Source of the DNA: Eledone cirrhosa
Lineage: Eukaryota
Reading direction: 5' to 3'
NCBI GenBank assembly: GCA_964016885.1
Contig: OZ024742.1
Location: 109,368,001-109,432,000, forward strand
DNA length: 64,000 bases
Position numbers and translations under genes: made by a program. The notes beneath the pieces were generated by a model, which worked only from the letters and a program-made list of their open reading frames with translations, was not told the origin of the DNA and made no database searches. Each line of letters begins with the position of its first letter. Position 1 is the first letter of the stretch. Positions 29,426-44,468 of the stretch are shown piece after piece.

Positions 29426-32400
29426 ACCAGTGCCACCACCAAGGTCACCAGTGCCACCACCAAGATCACCTGTGCCACCACCAAGATCACCAATGCCACC
29501 ACCAAGATCACCTGTGCCACCACCTAGATCACCAATGCCACCACCAAGATCACCTGTGCCACCACCTAGATCACCAGTGCCACCACCAAGATCACCTGTG
29601 CCACAACCAAGATCACCAGTGCCACCACCAAGATCACCAATGCCACCACCAAGATCACCTGTGCCACCACCTAGATCACCAGTGCCACCACCAAGATCAC
29701 CAGTGCCACCACCAAGATCACCAGTGCCACAACCAAGATCACCAGTGCCACCACCAAGATCACCAGTGCCACCACCAAGATCACCTGTGCCACCACCTAG
29801 ATCACCAGTGCCACCACCAAGATCACCAGTGCCACCACCAAGATCACCAGTGCCAACACCAAGTTCACCAGTGCCACCACCAAGGTCACCAGTGCCACAA
29901 CCAAGATCACCAGTGCCACCACCAAGATCACCAGTGCCACCACCAAGATCACCAGTGCCACCACCAAGATCACCGGTGCCACAACCAAGATCACCAGTGC
30001 CACAACCAAGATCACCAGTGCCACCACCAAGATCACCAGTGCCACCACCAAGATCACCAGTGCCAACACCAAGTTCACCAGTGCCACCACCAAGGTCACC
30101 AGTGACACCACCAAGATCACCAGTGCCAACACCAAGTTCACCAGTGCCACCACCAAGATCACCAATGCCACAACCAAGATCACCAGTGCCACCACCAAGA
30201 TCACCAGTGTCACCACCAAGGTCACCAGTGCCACCAACAAGGTCACCAGTGCCACCACCAAGATCATCAGTGCCACCACCAAGATCACCAGTGCCACCAC
30301 CAAGGTCACCAGTGCCACCACCAAGATCACCAGTGCCACCACCAAGGTCACCAGTGCCACCACCAAGATCACCAGTGCCAACACCACCAAGATCACCAGT
30401 GTCACCACCAAGATCATCAGTGCCACCACCAAGATCACCAGTGCCACCACCAAGGTCACCAGTGCCACCACCAAGATCACCAGTACCACCACCAAGATCA
30501 CCAGTGCCACCACCAAGATCACCAGTGCCAACACCACCAAGATCACCAGTGCCACCACCAAGATCACCAGTGCCACCACCAAGATCACCAATGCCACCAC
30601 CAAGATCACCAGTGCCACCACCAAGATCACCAGTGCCACCACCATATCACCAGTGCCACTATCAAGATCACCAGTGCCACCACCAAGATCACCAATGCCA
30701 CCACCAAGATAACCAGTGCCACCACCAAGATCACCAGTGCCACCACCAAGATCACCAATGCCACCACCAAGATCACCAGTGCCACCACCAAGATCACCAG
30801 TGCCACCACCAAGATCACCAGTGCCACCACCAAGGTCACCAGTGCCACCACCAACATCACCAGTGCCACCACCAAGATCACCAGTGCCACCACCAAGATC
30901 ACCAGTGCCACCACCAAGGTCACCAGTGCCACCACCAAGATCACCAGTGCCACCACCAAGATCGCCAGTGCCCCCACCAAGGTCACCAGTGCCACCACCA
31001 AGATCACCAGTGCCACCACCACCAAGATCACCAGTGCCACCACCAAGATCACCAGTGCCACCACCAAGATCACCAGTGCCAACACCAAGATCACCAGTGC
31101 CACCACCAAGATCACCAGTGCCACCACCAAGATCACCAGTGCCACCCGCAAGATCACCAGTGCCACCACCTAGGTCACCAGTGCCACCACCAAGATCACC
31201 AGTGCCACCACCAAGATCACCAGTGCCACCACCAAGATCACCAGTGCCACCACCAAGATCACCAATTCCACCACCAAGATAACCAGTGCCACCACCAAGA
31301 TCATCAGTGCCACCACCAAGATCACCAGTGCCACCACCAAGATCACCAGTGCCACCACCAAGATCACCAGTGCCACCACCAAGGTCACCAGTGCCACCAC
31401 CAACATCACCAGTGCCACCACCAAGGTCACCAGTGCCACTACCAAGGTCACCAGTGCCACCACCAAGATCACCAGTGCCACCACCAAGATCACCAGTGCC
31501 ACCACCAAGATCACCAGTGCCACCACCAAGATCACCAGTGCCACCACCAAGATCACCAGTGCCAACACCACCAAGATCACCAGTGCCACCACGAAGATCA
31601 CCAGTGCCACCACCAAGGTCACCAGTGCCACCACCAAGATCTCCAGTGCCACCACCAAGTTCACCAGTGCCACCACCAAGATCAGTGCCACCACCACCAA
31701 GATCAACAACGCCACCACCAAGATCACCAGTGCCACCACCAAGATCACCAGTGCCACCACCAAGATCACAAGTGCCACCACCAAGATCACCAGTGCCACC
31801 ACCAACATCACCAATGCCACCACCAAGATCACCAGTGCCACCACCAAGATCACCAGTGCCACCACCAAGATCACCAGTGCCACCACCAAGATCACCAGTG
31901 CCACCACCAATATCACCAGTGCCACCAAGATCACCTGTGCCACCACCAAGGTCACCAGTGCCACCACCAAGATCACCAGTGCCACCACCAAGGTCACCAG
32001 TGTCACCACCAAGATCACCAGTGCCACCACCAAGATCACCAATGCCACCACCAAGATCACCAATGCCACCACCAAGGTCACCAGTGCCACCACCTAGATC
32101 ACCAGTGCCACCACCAAGATCACCAGTGTCACCACCAAGGTCACCAGTGCCACCACCAAGGTCACCAGTGCCACCACCAAGATAACCAGTGCCACCACCA
32201 AGATCACCAGTGCCACCACCAAGATCACCAGTGCCACCACCAAGATCTCCAGTGCCACCACCAAGTTCACCAGTGCCACTACCAAGAGCACCAGTGCCAC
32301 CACCAAGATCACCAGTGCAACCACCAAGATCACCAGTGCCACCACCAAGATCTCCAGTGCCACCACCAAGTTCACCAGTGCCACTACCAAGAGCACCAGT

Positions 32401-35400
32401 GCCACCACCAAGATCACCAGTGCCACCACCAAGATCACCAGTGCCACCACCAAGGTCACCAGTGCCACCACCAAGATCACCAGTGCCACCACCAAGATCA
32501 CCTGTGCCACCACCAAGATCACCAGTGCCACCACCAAGGTCACCAGTTTCACCACCAAGATCACCAGTGCCACCACCAAGATCACCAGTGCCACCACCAA
32601 GATCACCAGTGTCACCACCAAGATCACCAGTGCCACCACCAAGATCACCAGTGCCACCACCTAGATCACCAGTGCCACCACCAAGATCACCAGTGCCACC
32701 ACCAAGATCACCAGTGCCACCACCAAGGTCACCAGTGCCACCACCAAGGTCACCAGTGTCACCACCAAGATCACCAGTGCCACCACCAAGATCACCAGTG
32801 TCACCACCAAGATCACCAGTGCCACCACCAAGATCACCTGTGCCACCACCAAGGTCACCAGTGCCACCACCTAGATCACCAGTGCCACCACCAAGATCAC
32901 CAGTGCCACCACCAAGATCACCAGTGCCACCACCAAGGTCACCAGTGCCACCACCAAGATCATCAGTGCCCCTACCAAGATCACCAGTGCCACCACCAAG
33001 ATCACCAGTGCCACCACCAAGGTCACCAGTGCCACCACCAAGATCACCAGTACCACCACCAAGATCACCTGTGCCACCACCAAGATCACCAGTGCCACCA
33101 CCAAGTTCACCAGTGCCACCACCAAGATCACCAGTGCCAAACCAACATCACCAGTGCCACCACCAAGATCACCAGTGCCACCACCAACATCACCAGTGCC
33201 AACACCAACATCACCAGTGCCACCACCAAGATCACCAGTGCGACCACCAAGATCACCAGTGCCACCACCAAGATCACCAGTGCCACCACCAAGATCACCA
33301 GTGCCAACACCAAGATCACCAGTGCCACCAACAGGTTCACCAGTGCAACCACCAAGATCACCAGTGCCACCACCAAGATCACCAGTGCTACCACCAAGAT
33401 CACCAGTGCCACCACCAAGATCACCAGTGCCACCACCAAGATCACCAGTGCCACTACCAACATCACCAATACCACCACCAAGACCACCAGTGCCACCACC
33501 AAGATCACCAGTGCCACCACCAGGATCACCAGTGCCACCACCAAGATCACCAGTGCCACCACCAAGATCATCAGTGCCACCACCAAGATCACCAGTGCCA
33601 CCACCAAGATCACCAGTCCCACCACCAAGATCACCAGTGCCAACACCAACATCACCAGTGCCACCACCAAGATCACCAGTGCCACCACCAAGATCACCAG
33701 TGCCAACACCAACATCACCAGTGCCACCACCAAGATCACCAGTGCCACCACCAAGATCACCAGTGCCACCACCAAGATCACCAGTGCCACCACCAAGATC
33801 ACCAGTGCCACCACCAAGATCACCAGTGCTACCACCAAGGTCACCAATGCCACCACCAAGATCACCAGTGTTACCACCAAGGTCACCAATGCCACCACCA
33901 AGATCACCAGTGCCACCACCAAGATCACCAGTGCCACCAGCAACATCACCAGTGCCACCACCAAGATCACCAGTGCCACCACCAAGATCACCAGTGCCAC
34001 CACCAAGGTCACCAGTGCCACCACCAAGGTCACCAGTGTCACCACCAAGATCACCAGTGCCACCACCAAGATCACCAGTGTCACCACCAAGATCACCAGT
34101 GCCACCACCAAGATCACCTGTGCCACCACCAAGGTCACCAGTGCCACCACCTAGATCACCAGTGCCACCACCAAGATCACCAGTGCCACCACCAAGATCA
34201 CCAGTGCCACCACCAAGGTCACCAGTGCCACCACCAAGATCATCAGTGCCCCTACCAAGATCACCAGTGCCACCACCAAGATCACCAGTGCCACCACCAA
34301 GGTCACCAGTGCCACCACCAAGATCACCAGTACCACCACCAAGATCACCTGTGCCACCACCAAGATCACCAGTGCCACCACCAAGTTCACCAGTGCCACC
34401 ACCAAGATCACCAGTGCCAACACCAACATCACCAGTGCCACCACCAAGATCACCAGTGCCACCACCAAGATCACCAGTGCCAACACCAACATCACCAGTG
34501 CCACCACCAAGATCACCAGTGCGACCACCAAGATCACCAGTGCCACCACCAAGATCACCAGTGCCACCACCAAGATCACCAGTGCCAACACCAAGATCAC
34601 CAGTGCCACCACCAGGTTCACCAGTGCAACCACCAAGATCACCAGTGCCACCACCAAGATCACCAGTGCTACCACCAAGATCACCAGTGCCACCACCAAG
34701 ATCACCAGTGCCACCACCAAGATCACCAGTGCCACTACCAACATCACCAATACCACCACCAAGATCACCAGTGCCACCACCAAGATCACCAGTGCCACCA
34801 CCAGGATCACCAGTGCCACCACCAAGATCACCAGTGCCACCACCAAGATCATCAGTGCCACCACCAAGATCACCAGTGCCACCACCAAGATCACCAGTAC
34901 CACCACCAAGATCACCAGTGCCAACACCAACATCACCAGTGCCACCACCAAGATCACCAGTGCCACCACCAAGATCACCAGTGCCAACACCAACATCACC
35001 AGTGCCACCACCAAGATCACCAGTGCCACCACCAAGATCACCAGTGCCACCACCAAGATCACCAGTGCCACCACCAAGATCACCAGTGCCACCACCAAGA
35101 TCACCAGTGCTACCACCAAGGTCACCAATGCCACCACCAAGATCACCAGTGTTACCACCAAGGTCACCAATGCCACCACCAAGATCACCAGTGCCACCAC
35201 CAAGATCACCAGTGCCACCAGCAACATCACCAGTGCCACCACCAAGATCACCAGTGCCACCACCAAGATCACCAGTGCCAACACCAACATCACCAGTGCC
35301 ACCACCAAGATCACCAGTGCCACCACCAAGATCACCAGTGCTACCACCAAGGTCACCAATGCCACCACCAGGATCACCAGTGCCACCACCAAGATCACCA

Positions 35401-38400
35401 GTGCCACCAGCAAGATCACCAGTGCCACCACCAAGATCACCAGTGCCACTACCAAGATCACCAGTGCCACCACCAAGATCACCAGTGTTACCACCAAGGT
35501 CACCAATGCCACCACCAAGATCACCAGTGCCACCACCAAGATCACCAGTGCCACCACCAAGATCACCAGTGCCACCACCAAGATCACCAATGCCACCACC
35601 AAGATCACCAGTGCCACCACCAAGATCACCAGTGCCACCACCAAGATCACCAGTGCCACCACCAAGATCACCAATGCCACCACCAAGATCACCAGTGCCA
35701 CCACCAAGATCACCAGTGCCACCAGCAACATCACCAGTGCCACCACCAAAGTCACCATTGCCACCACCAAGATCACCAGTGCCACCACCAAGGTCACCAG
35801 TGCCACCACCAAGATCACCAATGTTACCACCAAGGTCACCAGTGCCACCACCAAGTTCACCAGTGCCACCACCAAGGTCACTAGTGCCACCACCAAGGTT
35901 ACCAGTGCCACCACCAAGGTCACCAGTCCCACCACCAAGATCACCAATGTTACCACCAAGGTCACCAGTGCCACCATCAAGGTCACCAGTGCCACCACCA
36001 AGGTCACCAGTGCCACCACCATGATCACCAGTGTCACCACCAAGATCACCAGTGCCGCCACCAAGATCACCAGTGCCACCACCAAGATCACCAGTGCCAC
36101 CACCAAGATCACCAGTGCCACCACCAAGATCACCAGTGCCACTACCAACATCACCAATGCCACCACCAAGATCACCAGTGCCACCACCAAGATCACCAGT
36201 GCCAACACCACCAAGATCACCAGTGCCACCACCAAGATCACCAGTGCCACCACCAGGATCACCAGTGCCACCACCAAGATCACCAGTGCCACCACCAAGA
36301 TCATCAGTGCCACCACCAAGATCACCAGTGCCACCACCAAGATCACCAGTCCCACCACCAAGATCACCAGTGCCAACACCAACATCACCAGTGCCACCAC
36401 CAAGATCACCAGTGCCACCACCAAGATCACCAGTGCCACCACCAAGATCACCAGTGCTACCACCAAGGTCACCAATGCCACCACCAAGATCACCAGTGCC
36501 AACACCAAGATCACCAGTGCCACCAGCAACATCACCAGTGCCACCACCAAGATCACCAGTGCCACCACCAAGATCACCAGTGCCACCACCAAGATCACCA
36601 GTGCCACCACCAAGATCACCAGTGCCACCACCAAGATCACCAGTGCTACCACCAAGGTCACCAATGCCACCACCAGGATCACCAGTGCCACCACCAAGAT
36701 CACCAGTGCCACCACCAAGATCACCAGTGCCACCACCAAGATCACCAGTGCCACTACCAAGATCACCAGTGCCACCACCAAGATCACCAGTGTTACCACC
36801 AAGGTCACCAATGCCACCACCAAGATCACCAGTGCCACCACCAAGATCACCAGTGCCACCACCAAGATCACCAGTGCCACCACCAAGATCACCAATGCCA
36901 CCACCAAGATCACCAGTGCCACCACCAAGATCACCAGTGCCACCACCAAGATCACCAGTGCCACCACCAAGATCACCAATGCCACCACCAAGATCACCAG
37001 TGTTACCACCAAGATCACCAGTGCCACCACCAAGATCACCAGTGCCACCACCAAGATCACCAGTGCCACCACCAAGATCACCAGTGCCACCAGCAACATC
37101 ACCAGTGCCACCACCAAGGTCACCATTGCCACCAGCAAGATCACCAGTGCCACCACCAAGGTCACCAGTGCCACCACCAAGATCACCAATGTTACCACCA
37201 AGGTCACCAGTGCCACCACCAAGTTCACCAGTGCCACCACCAAGGTCACCAGTGCCACCACCAAGGTTACCAGTGCCACCACCAATGTCACCAGTCCCAC
37301 CACCAAGATCACCAATGTTACCACCAAGGTCATCAGTGCCACCATCAAGGTCACCAGTGCCACCACCAAGGTCACCAGTGCCACCACCATGATCACCAGT
37401 GTCACCACCAAGATCACCAGTGCCGCCACCAAGATCACCAGTGCCACAACCAAGATCACCAGTGCCACCACCAAGGTCACCAGTGCCACCACCAAGATCA
37501 CCAGTGCCACTACCAAGATCACCAGTGCCACCACCAAGATCACCAGTGCCACCACCAAGGTCACCAGTGCCACCACCAAGATCACCAGTGCCACCACCAA
37601 GATCAACAATACCACCACCAAGGTCACCAGTGCCACCACCAAGATCACCAGTGCCACCACCAAGATCACCAGTGCCACCACCAAGATCACCAGTGCCACC
37701 ACCAAGATCTCCAGTGCCACCACCAAGTTCACCAGTGCCACTACCAAGAGCACCAGTGCCACCACCAAGATCACCAGTGCAACCACCAAGATCACCAGTG
37801 CCACCACCAAGATCTCCAGTGCCACCACCAAGTTCACCAGTGCCACTACCAAGAGCACCAGTGCCACCACCAAGATCACCAGTGCCACCACCAAGATCAC
37901 CAGTGCCACCACCAAGGTCACCAGTGCCACCACCAAGATCACCAGTGCCACCACCAAGATCACCTGTGCAACCACCAAGATCACCAGTGCCACCACCAAG
38001 GTCACCAGTTTCACCACCAAGATCACCAGTGCCACCACCAAGATCACCAGTGCCACCACCAAGATCACCAGTGTCACCACCAAGATCACCAGTGCCACCA
38101 CCAAGATCACCAGTGCCACCACCTAGATCACCAGTGCCACCACCAAGATCACCAGTGCCACCACCAAGATCACCAGTGCCACCACCAAGGTCACCAGTGC
38201 CACCACCAAGGTCACCAGTGTCACCACCAAGATCATCAGTGCCCCTACCAAGATCACCAGTGCCACCACCAAGATCACCAGTGCCACCACCAAGGTCACC
38301 AGTGCCACCACCAAGATCACCAGTACCACCACCAAGATCACCTGTGCCACCACCAAGATCACCAGTGCCACCACCAAGTTCACCAGTGCCACCACCAAGA

Positions 38401-41400
38401 TCACCAGTGCCAACACCAACATCACCAGTGCCACCACCAAGATCACCAGTGCCACCACCAAGATCACCAGTGCCAACACCAACATCACCAGTGCCACCAC
38501 CAAGATCACCAGTGCGACCACCAAGATCACCAGTGCCACCACCAAGATCACCAGTGCCACCACCAAGATCACCAGTGCCAACACCAAGATCACCAGTGCC
38601 ACCACCAGGATCACCAGTGCAACCACCAAGATCACCAGTGCCACCACCAAGATCACCAGTGCTACCACCAAGATCACCAGTGCCACCACCAAGATCACCA
38701 GTGCCACCACCAGGATCACCAGTGCAACCACCAAGATCACCAGTGCCACCACCAAGATCACCAGTGCTACCACCAAGATCACCAGTGCCACCACCAAGAT
38801 CACCAGTGCTACCACCAAGATCACCAGTGCCACCACCAAGATCACCAGTGCCACCACCAAGATCACCAGTGCCACTACCAACATCACCAGTGCCACCACC
38901 AGGATCACCAGTGCCACCACCAAGATCACCAGTGCCACCACCAAGATCACCAGTGCCAACACCACCAAGATCACCAGTGCCACCACCAAGATCACCAGTG
39001 CCACCACCAGGATCACCAGTGCCACCACCAAGATCACCAGTGCCACCACCAAGATCATCAGTGCCACCACCAAGATCACCAGTCCCACCACCAAGATCAC
39101 CAGTGCCAACACCAACATCACCAGTGCCACCACCAAGATCACCAGTGCCACCACCAAGATCACCAGTGCCAACACCAACATCACCAGTGCCACCACCAAG
39201 ATCACCAGTGCCACCACCAAGATCACCAGTGCCACCACCAAGATCACCAGTGCCACCACCAAGATCACCAGTGCCACCACCAAGATCACCAGTGCTACCA
39301 CCAAGGTCACCAATGCCACCACCAAGATCACCAGTGTTACCACCAAGGTCACCAATGCCACCACCAAGATCACCAGTGCCACCACCAAGATCACCAGTGC
39401 CACCAGCAACATCACCAGTGCCACCACCAAGATCACCAGTGCCAGCACCAAGATCACCAGTGCCAACACCAACATCACCAGTGCCACCACCAAGATCACC
39501 AGTGCCACCACCAAGATCACCAATGCCACCACCAAGATCACCAGTGCCACCACCAAGATCACCAGTGCCACCACCAAGATCACCAGTGCCACTACCAAGA
39601 TCACCAGTGCCACCACCAAGATCACCAGTGTTACCACCAAGGTCACCAATGCCACCACCAAGATCACCAGTGCCACCACCAAGATCACCAGTGCCACCAC
39701 CAAGATCACCAGTGCCACCACCAAGATCACCAATGCCACCACCAAGATCACCAGTGCCACCACCAAGATCACCAGTGCCACCACCAAGATCACCAGTGCC
39801 ACCACCAAGATCACCAATGCCACCACCAAGATCACCAGTGCCACCACCAAGATCACCAGTGCCACCAGCAACATCACCAGTGCCAACACCAAGGTCACCA
39901 TTGCCACCACCAAGATCACCAGTGCCACCAGCAACATCACCAGTGCCACCACCAAGGTCACCATTGCCACCACCAAGATCACCAGTGCCACCACCAAGGT
40001 CACCAGTGCCACCACCAAGATCACCAATGTTACCACCAAGGTCACCAGTGCCACCACCAAGTTCACCAGTGCCACCACCAAGGTCACTAGTGCCACCACC
40101 AAGGTTACCAGTGCCACCACCAAGGTCACCAGTCCCACCACCAAGATCACCAATGTTACCACCAAGGTCACCAGTGCCACCATCAAGGTCACCAGTGCCA
40201 CCACCATGATCACCAGTGTCACCACCAAGATCACCAGTGCCGCCACCAAGATCACCAGTGCCGCCACCAAGATCACCAGTGCCACCACCAAGATCACCAG
40301 TGCCACCACCAAGATCACCAGTGCCACCACCAAGATCACCAGTGCCACTACCAACATCACCAATGCCACCACCAAGATCACCAGTGCCACCACCAAGATC
40401 ACCAGTGCCAACACCACCAAGATCACCAGTGCCACCACCAAGATCACCAGTGCCACCACCAGGATCACCAGTGCCACCACCAAGATCACCAGTGCCACCA
40501 CCAAGATCATCAGTGCCACCACCAAGATCACCAGTGCCACCACCAAGATCACCAGTGCCACCACCAAGATCACCAGTGCCACCACCAAGATCACCAGTCC
40601 CACCACCAAGATCACCAGTGCCAACACCAACATCACCAGTGCCACCACCAAGATCACCAGTGCCACCACCAAGATCACCAGTGCCAACACCAACATCACC
40701 AGTGCCACCACCAAGATCACCAGTGCCACCACCAAGATCACCAGTGCCACCACCAAGATCACCAGTGCCACCACCAAGATCACCAGTGCTACCACCAAGG
40801 TCACCAATGCCACCACCAAGATCACCAGTGTTACCACCAAGGTCACCAATGCCACCACCAAGATCACCAGTGCCACCACCAAGATCACCAGTGCCACCAG
40901 CAACATCACCAGTGCCACCACCAAGATCACCAGTGCCACCACCAAGATCACCAGTGCCAACACCAACATCACCAGTGCCACCACCAAGATCACCAGTGCC
41001 ACCACCAAGATCACCAGTGTTACCACCAAGGTCACCAATGCCACCACCAGGATCACCAGTGCCACCACCAAGATCACCAGTGCCACCACCAAGATCACCA
41101 GTGCCACCACCAAGATCACCAGTGCCACCACCAAGATCACCAGTGCCACCACCAAGATCACCAGTGCCACTACCAAGATCACCAGTGCCACCACCAAGAT
41201 CACCAGTGTTACCACCAAGGTCACCAATGCCACCACCAGGATCACCAGTGCCACCACCAAGATCACCAGTGCCACCACCAAGATCACCAGTGCCACCACC
41301 AAGATCACCAGTGCCACCACCAAGATCACCAGTGCCATCACCAAGATCACCAGTGCCACCACCAAGATCACCAATGCCACCACCAAGATCACCAGTGCCA

Positions 41401-42105
41401 CCACCAAGATCACCAGTGCCACCACCAAGATCACCAGTGCCACCACCAAGATCACCAATGCCACCACCAAGATCACCAGTGCCACCACCAAGATCACCAG
41501 TGCCACCAGCAACATCACCAGTGCCACCACCAAGGTCACCATTGCCACCACCAAGATCACCAGTGCCACCACCAAGGTCACCAGTGCCACCACCAAGATC
41601 ACCAATGTTACCACCAAGGTCACCAGTGCCACCACCAAGTTCACCAGTGCCACCACCAAGGTCACCAGTGCCACCACCAAGGTTACCAGTGCCACCACCA
41701 ATGTCACCAGTCCCACCACCAAGATCACCAATGTTACCACCAAGGTCACCAGTGCCACCATCAAGGTCACCAGTGCCACCACCAAGGTCACCAGTGCCAC
41801 CACCATGATCACCAGTGTCACCACCAAGATCACCAGTGCCGCCACCAAGATCACCAGTGCCACCACCAAGATCACCAGTGCCACCACCAAGGTCACCAGT
41901 GCCACCACCAAGATCACCAGTGCCACTACCAAGATCACCAGTGCCACCACCAAGATCACCAGTGCCACCACCAAGGTCACCAGTGCCACCACCAAGATCA
42001 CCAGTGCCACCACCAAGATCAACAATACCACCACCAAGGTCACCAGTGCCACCACCAAGGTCACCAGTGCCACCACCAAGGTCACCAATGTTACCACCAA
42101 GATCA
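29426..42105. repeat. 21-bp minisatellite, consensus ACCAGTGCCACCACCAAGATC, ~600 units
   Basis: Continuous ~12.7-kb array with recurrent variant units. Confidence 0.98.
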
Positions 42106-42463
42106 GCTCCAGCATCACGTGTCCCTCTCCAACCATTAGAACGACAACTGAAATCAAGCAGTAATAATGTAACTTAGGTGATGACCTTCAATTCGTTGTT
42201 ATTGTTGTTGTTGTTGTTGTTGTTACTGATATTGTTGTTACTGTTGCTATTGCTGTTATTGTTGTTGATATCCTTCTTCTTCTTCTTCTTCTTCTTCTTC
42301 TTCTTCTTCTTCTTCTTCTTGTCGTTGTTGTTATGGTTGCTGACATGTTGTTATTTCTATCCGTGTCGTTATTGTTGTTGTTGTTACTGGTGTCGTTGCT
42401 ATTATTGTTGTTGTTATTGTCGTTGCTCTTGTCATTATTAATATTATTACTATCATTGTTATC

Positions 42464-43470
42464 CAGACTCTCAAACATCAATTCCGCGGTCTGCATGCGG
42501 CCCATAAACTGCTCATCATTTACCCGTGAAAGTACAGGCATTACAGGTGCTGCTTACTGCACTGTGTTGTCAGAGGAGTTGACTAAAACTGCAATGTCAC
42601 TGAAGAATTATTGGATTTACTGCCTGTGAAGAGAACAGTGACGAGGCGAGATATATTTAGTGAACTAGAAAAGGGCATTGAGCATGCAGGATCGAATTGG
42701 ATGAAACTTATATCAGTGGCAACAGATGGTGCACCGGCAACATGTTTTGAAATGGTGAGTATACTAGCCAATCTTAAAGAAAAGCTGAATAGTCTTGGTG
42801 TGTCTATCTCTGCTATCTATCAAATTTTGCATCTGTGTGGGAAAAGGTTGCAAACGGAAAACATTATGAATTTGGTTGTGAAAGCCATCAATTTTATACG
42901 AACAAGTACTCTCAACCACTGATAGTACATTTCTTTTCTATCCACTATGGATAGTCAATATGAGCTTCAGTATAATTCTGGAGTGAGGTGACTCAGTCGG
43001 GGGAATGTTTTGATGTGGGTTGTCCTTTGAGAGAAATAATTGGAATGTTTTTGGTAATAAGCAAAGATTACCCGAGTTAAGTGACCCAATCTGTCTCTAA
43101 GCTAACATTCCTCCCCAATCTGACTGACCATTTTAACGTTCTAAACTTGAAGCTCAGATTATAACAATGATGTATGACAACGTGTAATATTTCTAGTGTA
43201 AACTTTTGTTGTGAACAAAACAACCTGCAGGCAGGAACAGCTCACTTCATGACTTTGCAGTCATTGGAGAGGGTTGAACTACAACGCTTGAAAGAATGCG
43301 CTGATATAATTTTAAAACTACGAGTTTGGCCGGCGTTTTGAAGACATTTTAACATTAAAAACTCAATTTATATCTTCCTACTCCGCACCCACTCCAATCA
43401 TTTCATTTTTGGACCGTTGTGACTCTACACAGAACATAACACTTTTGAGTCTTTGAGTTTGAAACCCCGC
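42464..43470 (+). mobile_element. Decayed hAT (Charlie/SPIN/GTF2IRD2-like) transposon with 8-bp TSD
   Basis: TSD TTGTTATC at 42456-42463 and 43471-43478; imperfect TIRs CAGACTCTCAAAC / GTTTGAAACCCCG; transposase remnants EELLDLLP, LISVATDGAPA, VVKAINFIR..LNH, VR*LSRGNVL. Confidence 0.9.
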
Positions 43471-43749
43471 TTGTTATCACTACCCATGTTACTGTCTTTG
43501 TTATTGTCATTACTGTTATTGCTATTATTGCTACTGTTATATTATCATTGGGGTTGTCTTTGCTAATGTGGTTATTATTATTGCCATTGTTATTGTTGCT
43601 GGTTTTTATTGTCATTGTAGTTGTCATTGTTATTGTTATTGTTATTGTTGTTTTATTATTGTCATTGTTGTTACTGTCGTTATTATGGATATTTCACTGC
43701 CATTGTAATTGCTATTGTAATTGTTTTTGTTGTTATTGTCAATGGTAAT

Positions 43750-44240
43750 AACTGCCTAAAAGGATTGAAGACAAGATCTTCCTCCCCCGCCAAGCCCTCG
43801 TCAACTTCTTCAAGTTCTACATGAAGAGGAATATGAGGATAGAGAGGGAGGTGCTCCCTTCAGGTGGGTTTTATGAAAGATGGATGAGACCGACTAGATT
43901 GAATGGGCCTACTCTGACTATGGTTTTCTAAGTAGGAAGAAGGAAACCGGGAGAGGGCACTTTCAATGCTTGTGAGACAACTGCGTAACCTAGGGTTTTG
44001 TGTGGGATTCAGCCTGGAATTCCTCTAAAGTGCATTTCTCCCCACTATTGGTGAACTGGTCCTTGTTGACATTCATTATTGTTATTGTTTTATATTGTTA
44101 TGTATATTTATTACAAATTTCATTGATTTTTCTTCAGTGCTGTCCCCTTTCCTTCATTTGATGTAAACCTCAACCTGTTGTATTCTTTTGTCTTTCTATC
44201 GTCCCCAGTGTATTAGGCCCTTGTGGCCAACAAAAAAAAG
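43750..44240 (+). mobile_element. Probable L1/Tx1-clade LINE 3' end
   Basis: C-terminal-like peptide QALVNFFKFYMKRNMRIEREVL..FYERW, then a UTR ending in a GGCC..GGCC hairpin and an A tract. Confidence 0.5.
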
Positions 44241-44256
44241 TATCATTATTATTTTG

Positions 44257-44468
44257 GAAGTATCGGTAGAGCTTCTAACACAATGCTTTGCGCCATAGAG
44301 TTACAGCCCTTTAAGTTCTGAGTTCAAATCCAGCCGAGATTAGCTTAGCCTTTCATCCTTACGGGGTCGATAAAATAAAGCACCAGTGATGCACTGGGGT
44401 CGATTTGATCGACTTCCCCCTCCCCCCAAATTGCTGGCCTTGTGCCTATATAAGAAACCATTATTATT
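44257..44468 (+). mobile_element. SINE family 1
   Basis: Box B GAGTTCAAATCC, core and TTA tail. Confidence 0.85.

Noticed and set aside
29426-42105. CRISPR array
   Set aside because: Contiguous repeats with no spacers and no cas genes; eukaryotic context.
29422-42177. ORFs of up to 1574 aa as genuine CDS
   Set aside because: The unit is stop-free in all frames by composition; scattered stops and frameshifts, and no signal peptide or splice support seen. Kept only as a low-probability hypothesis.
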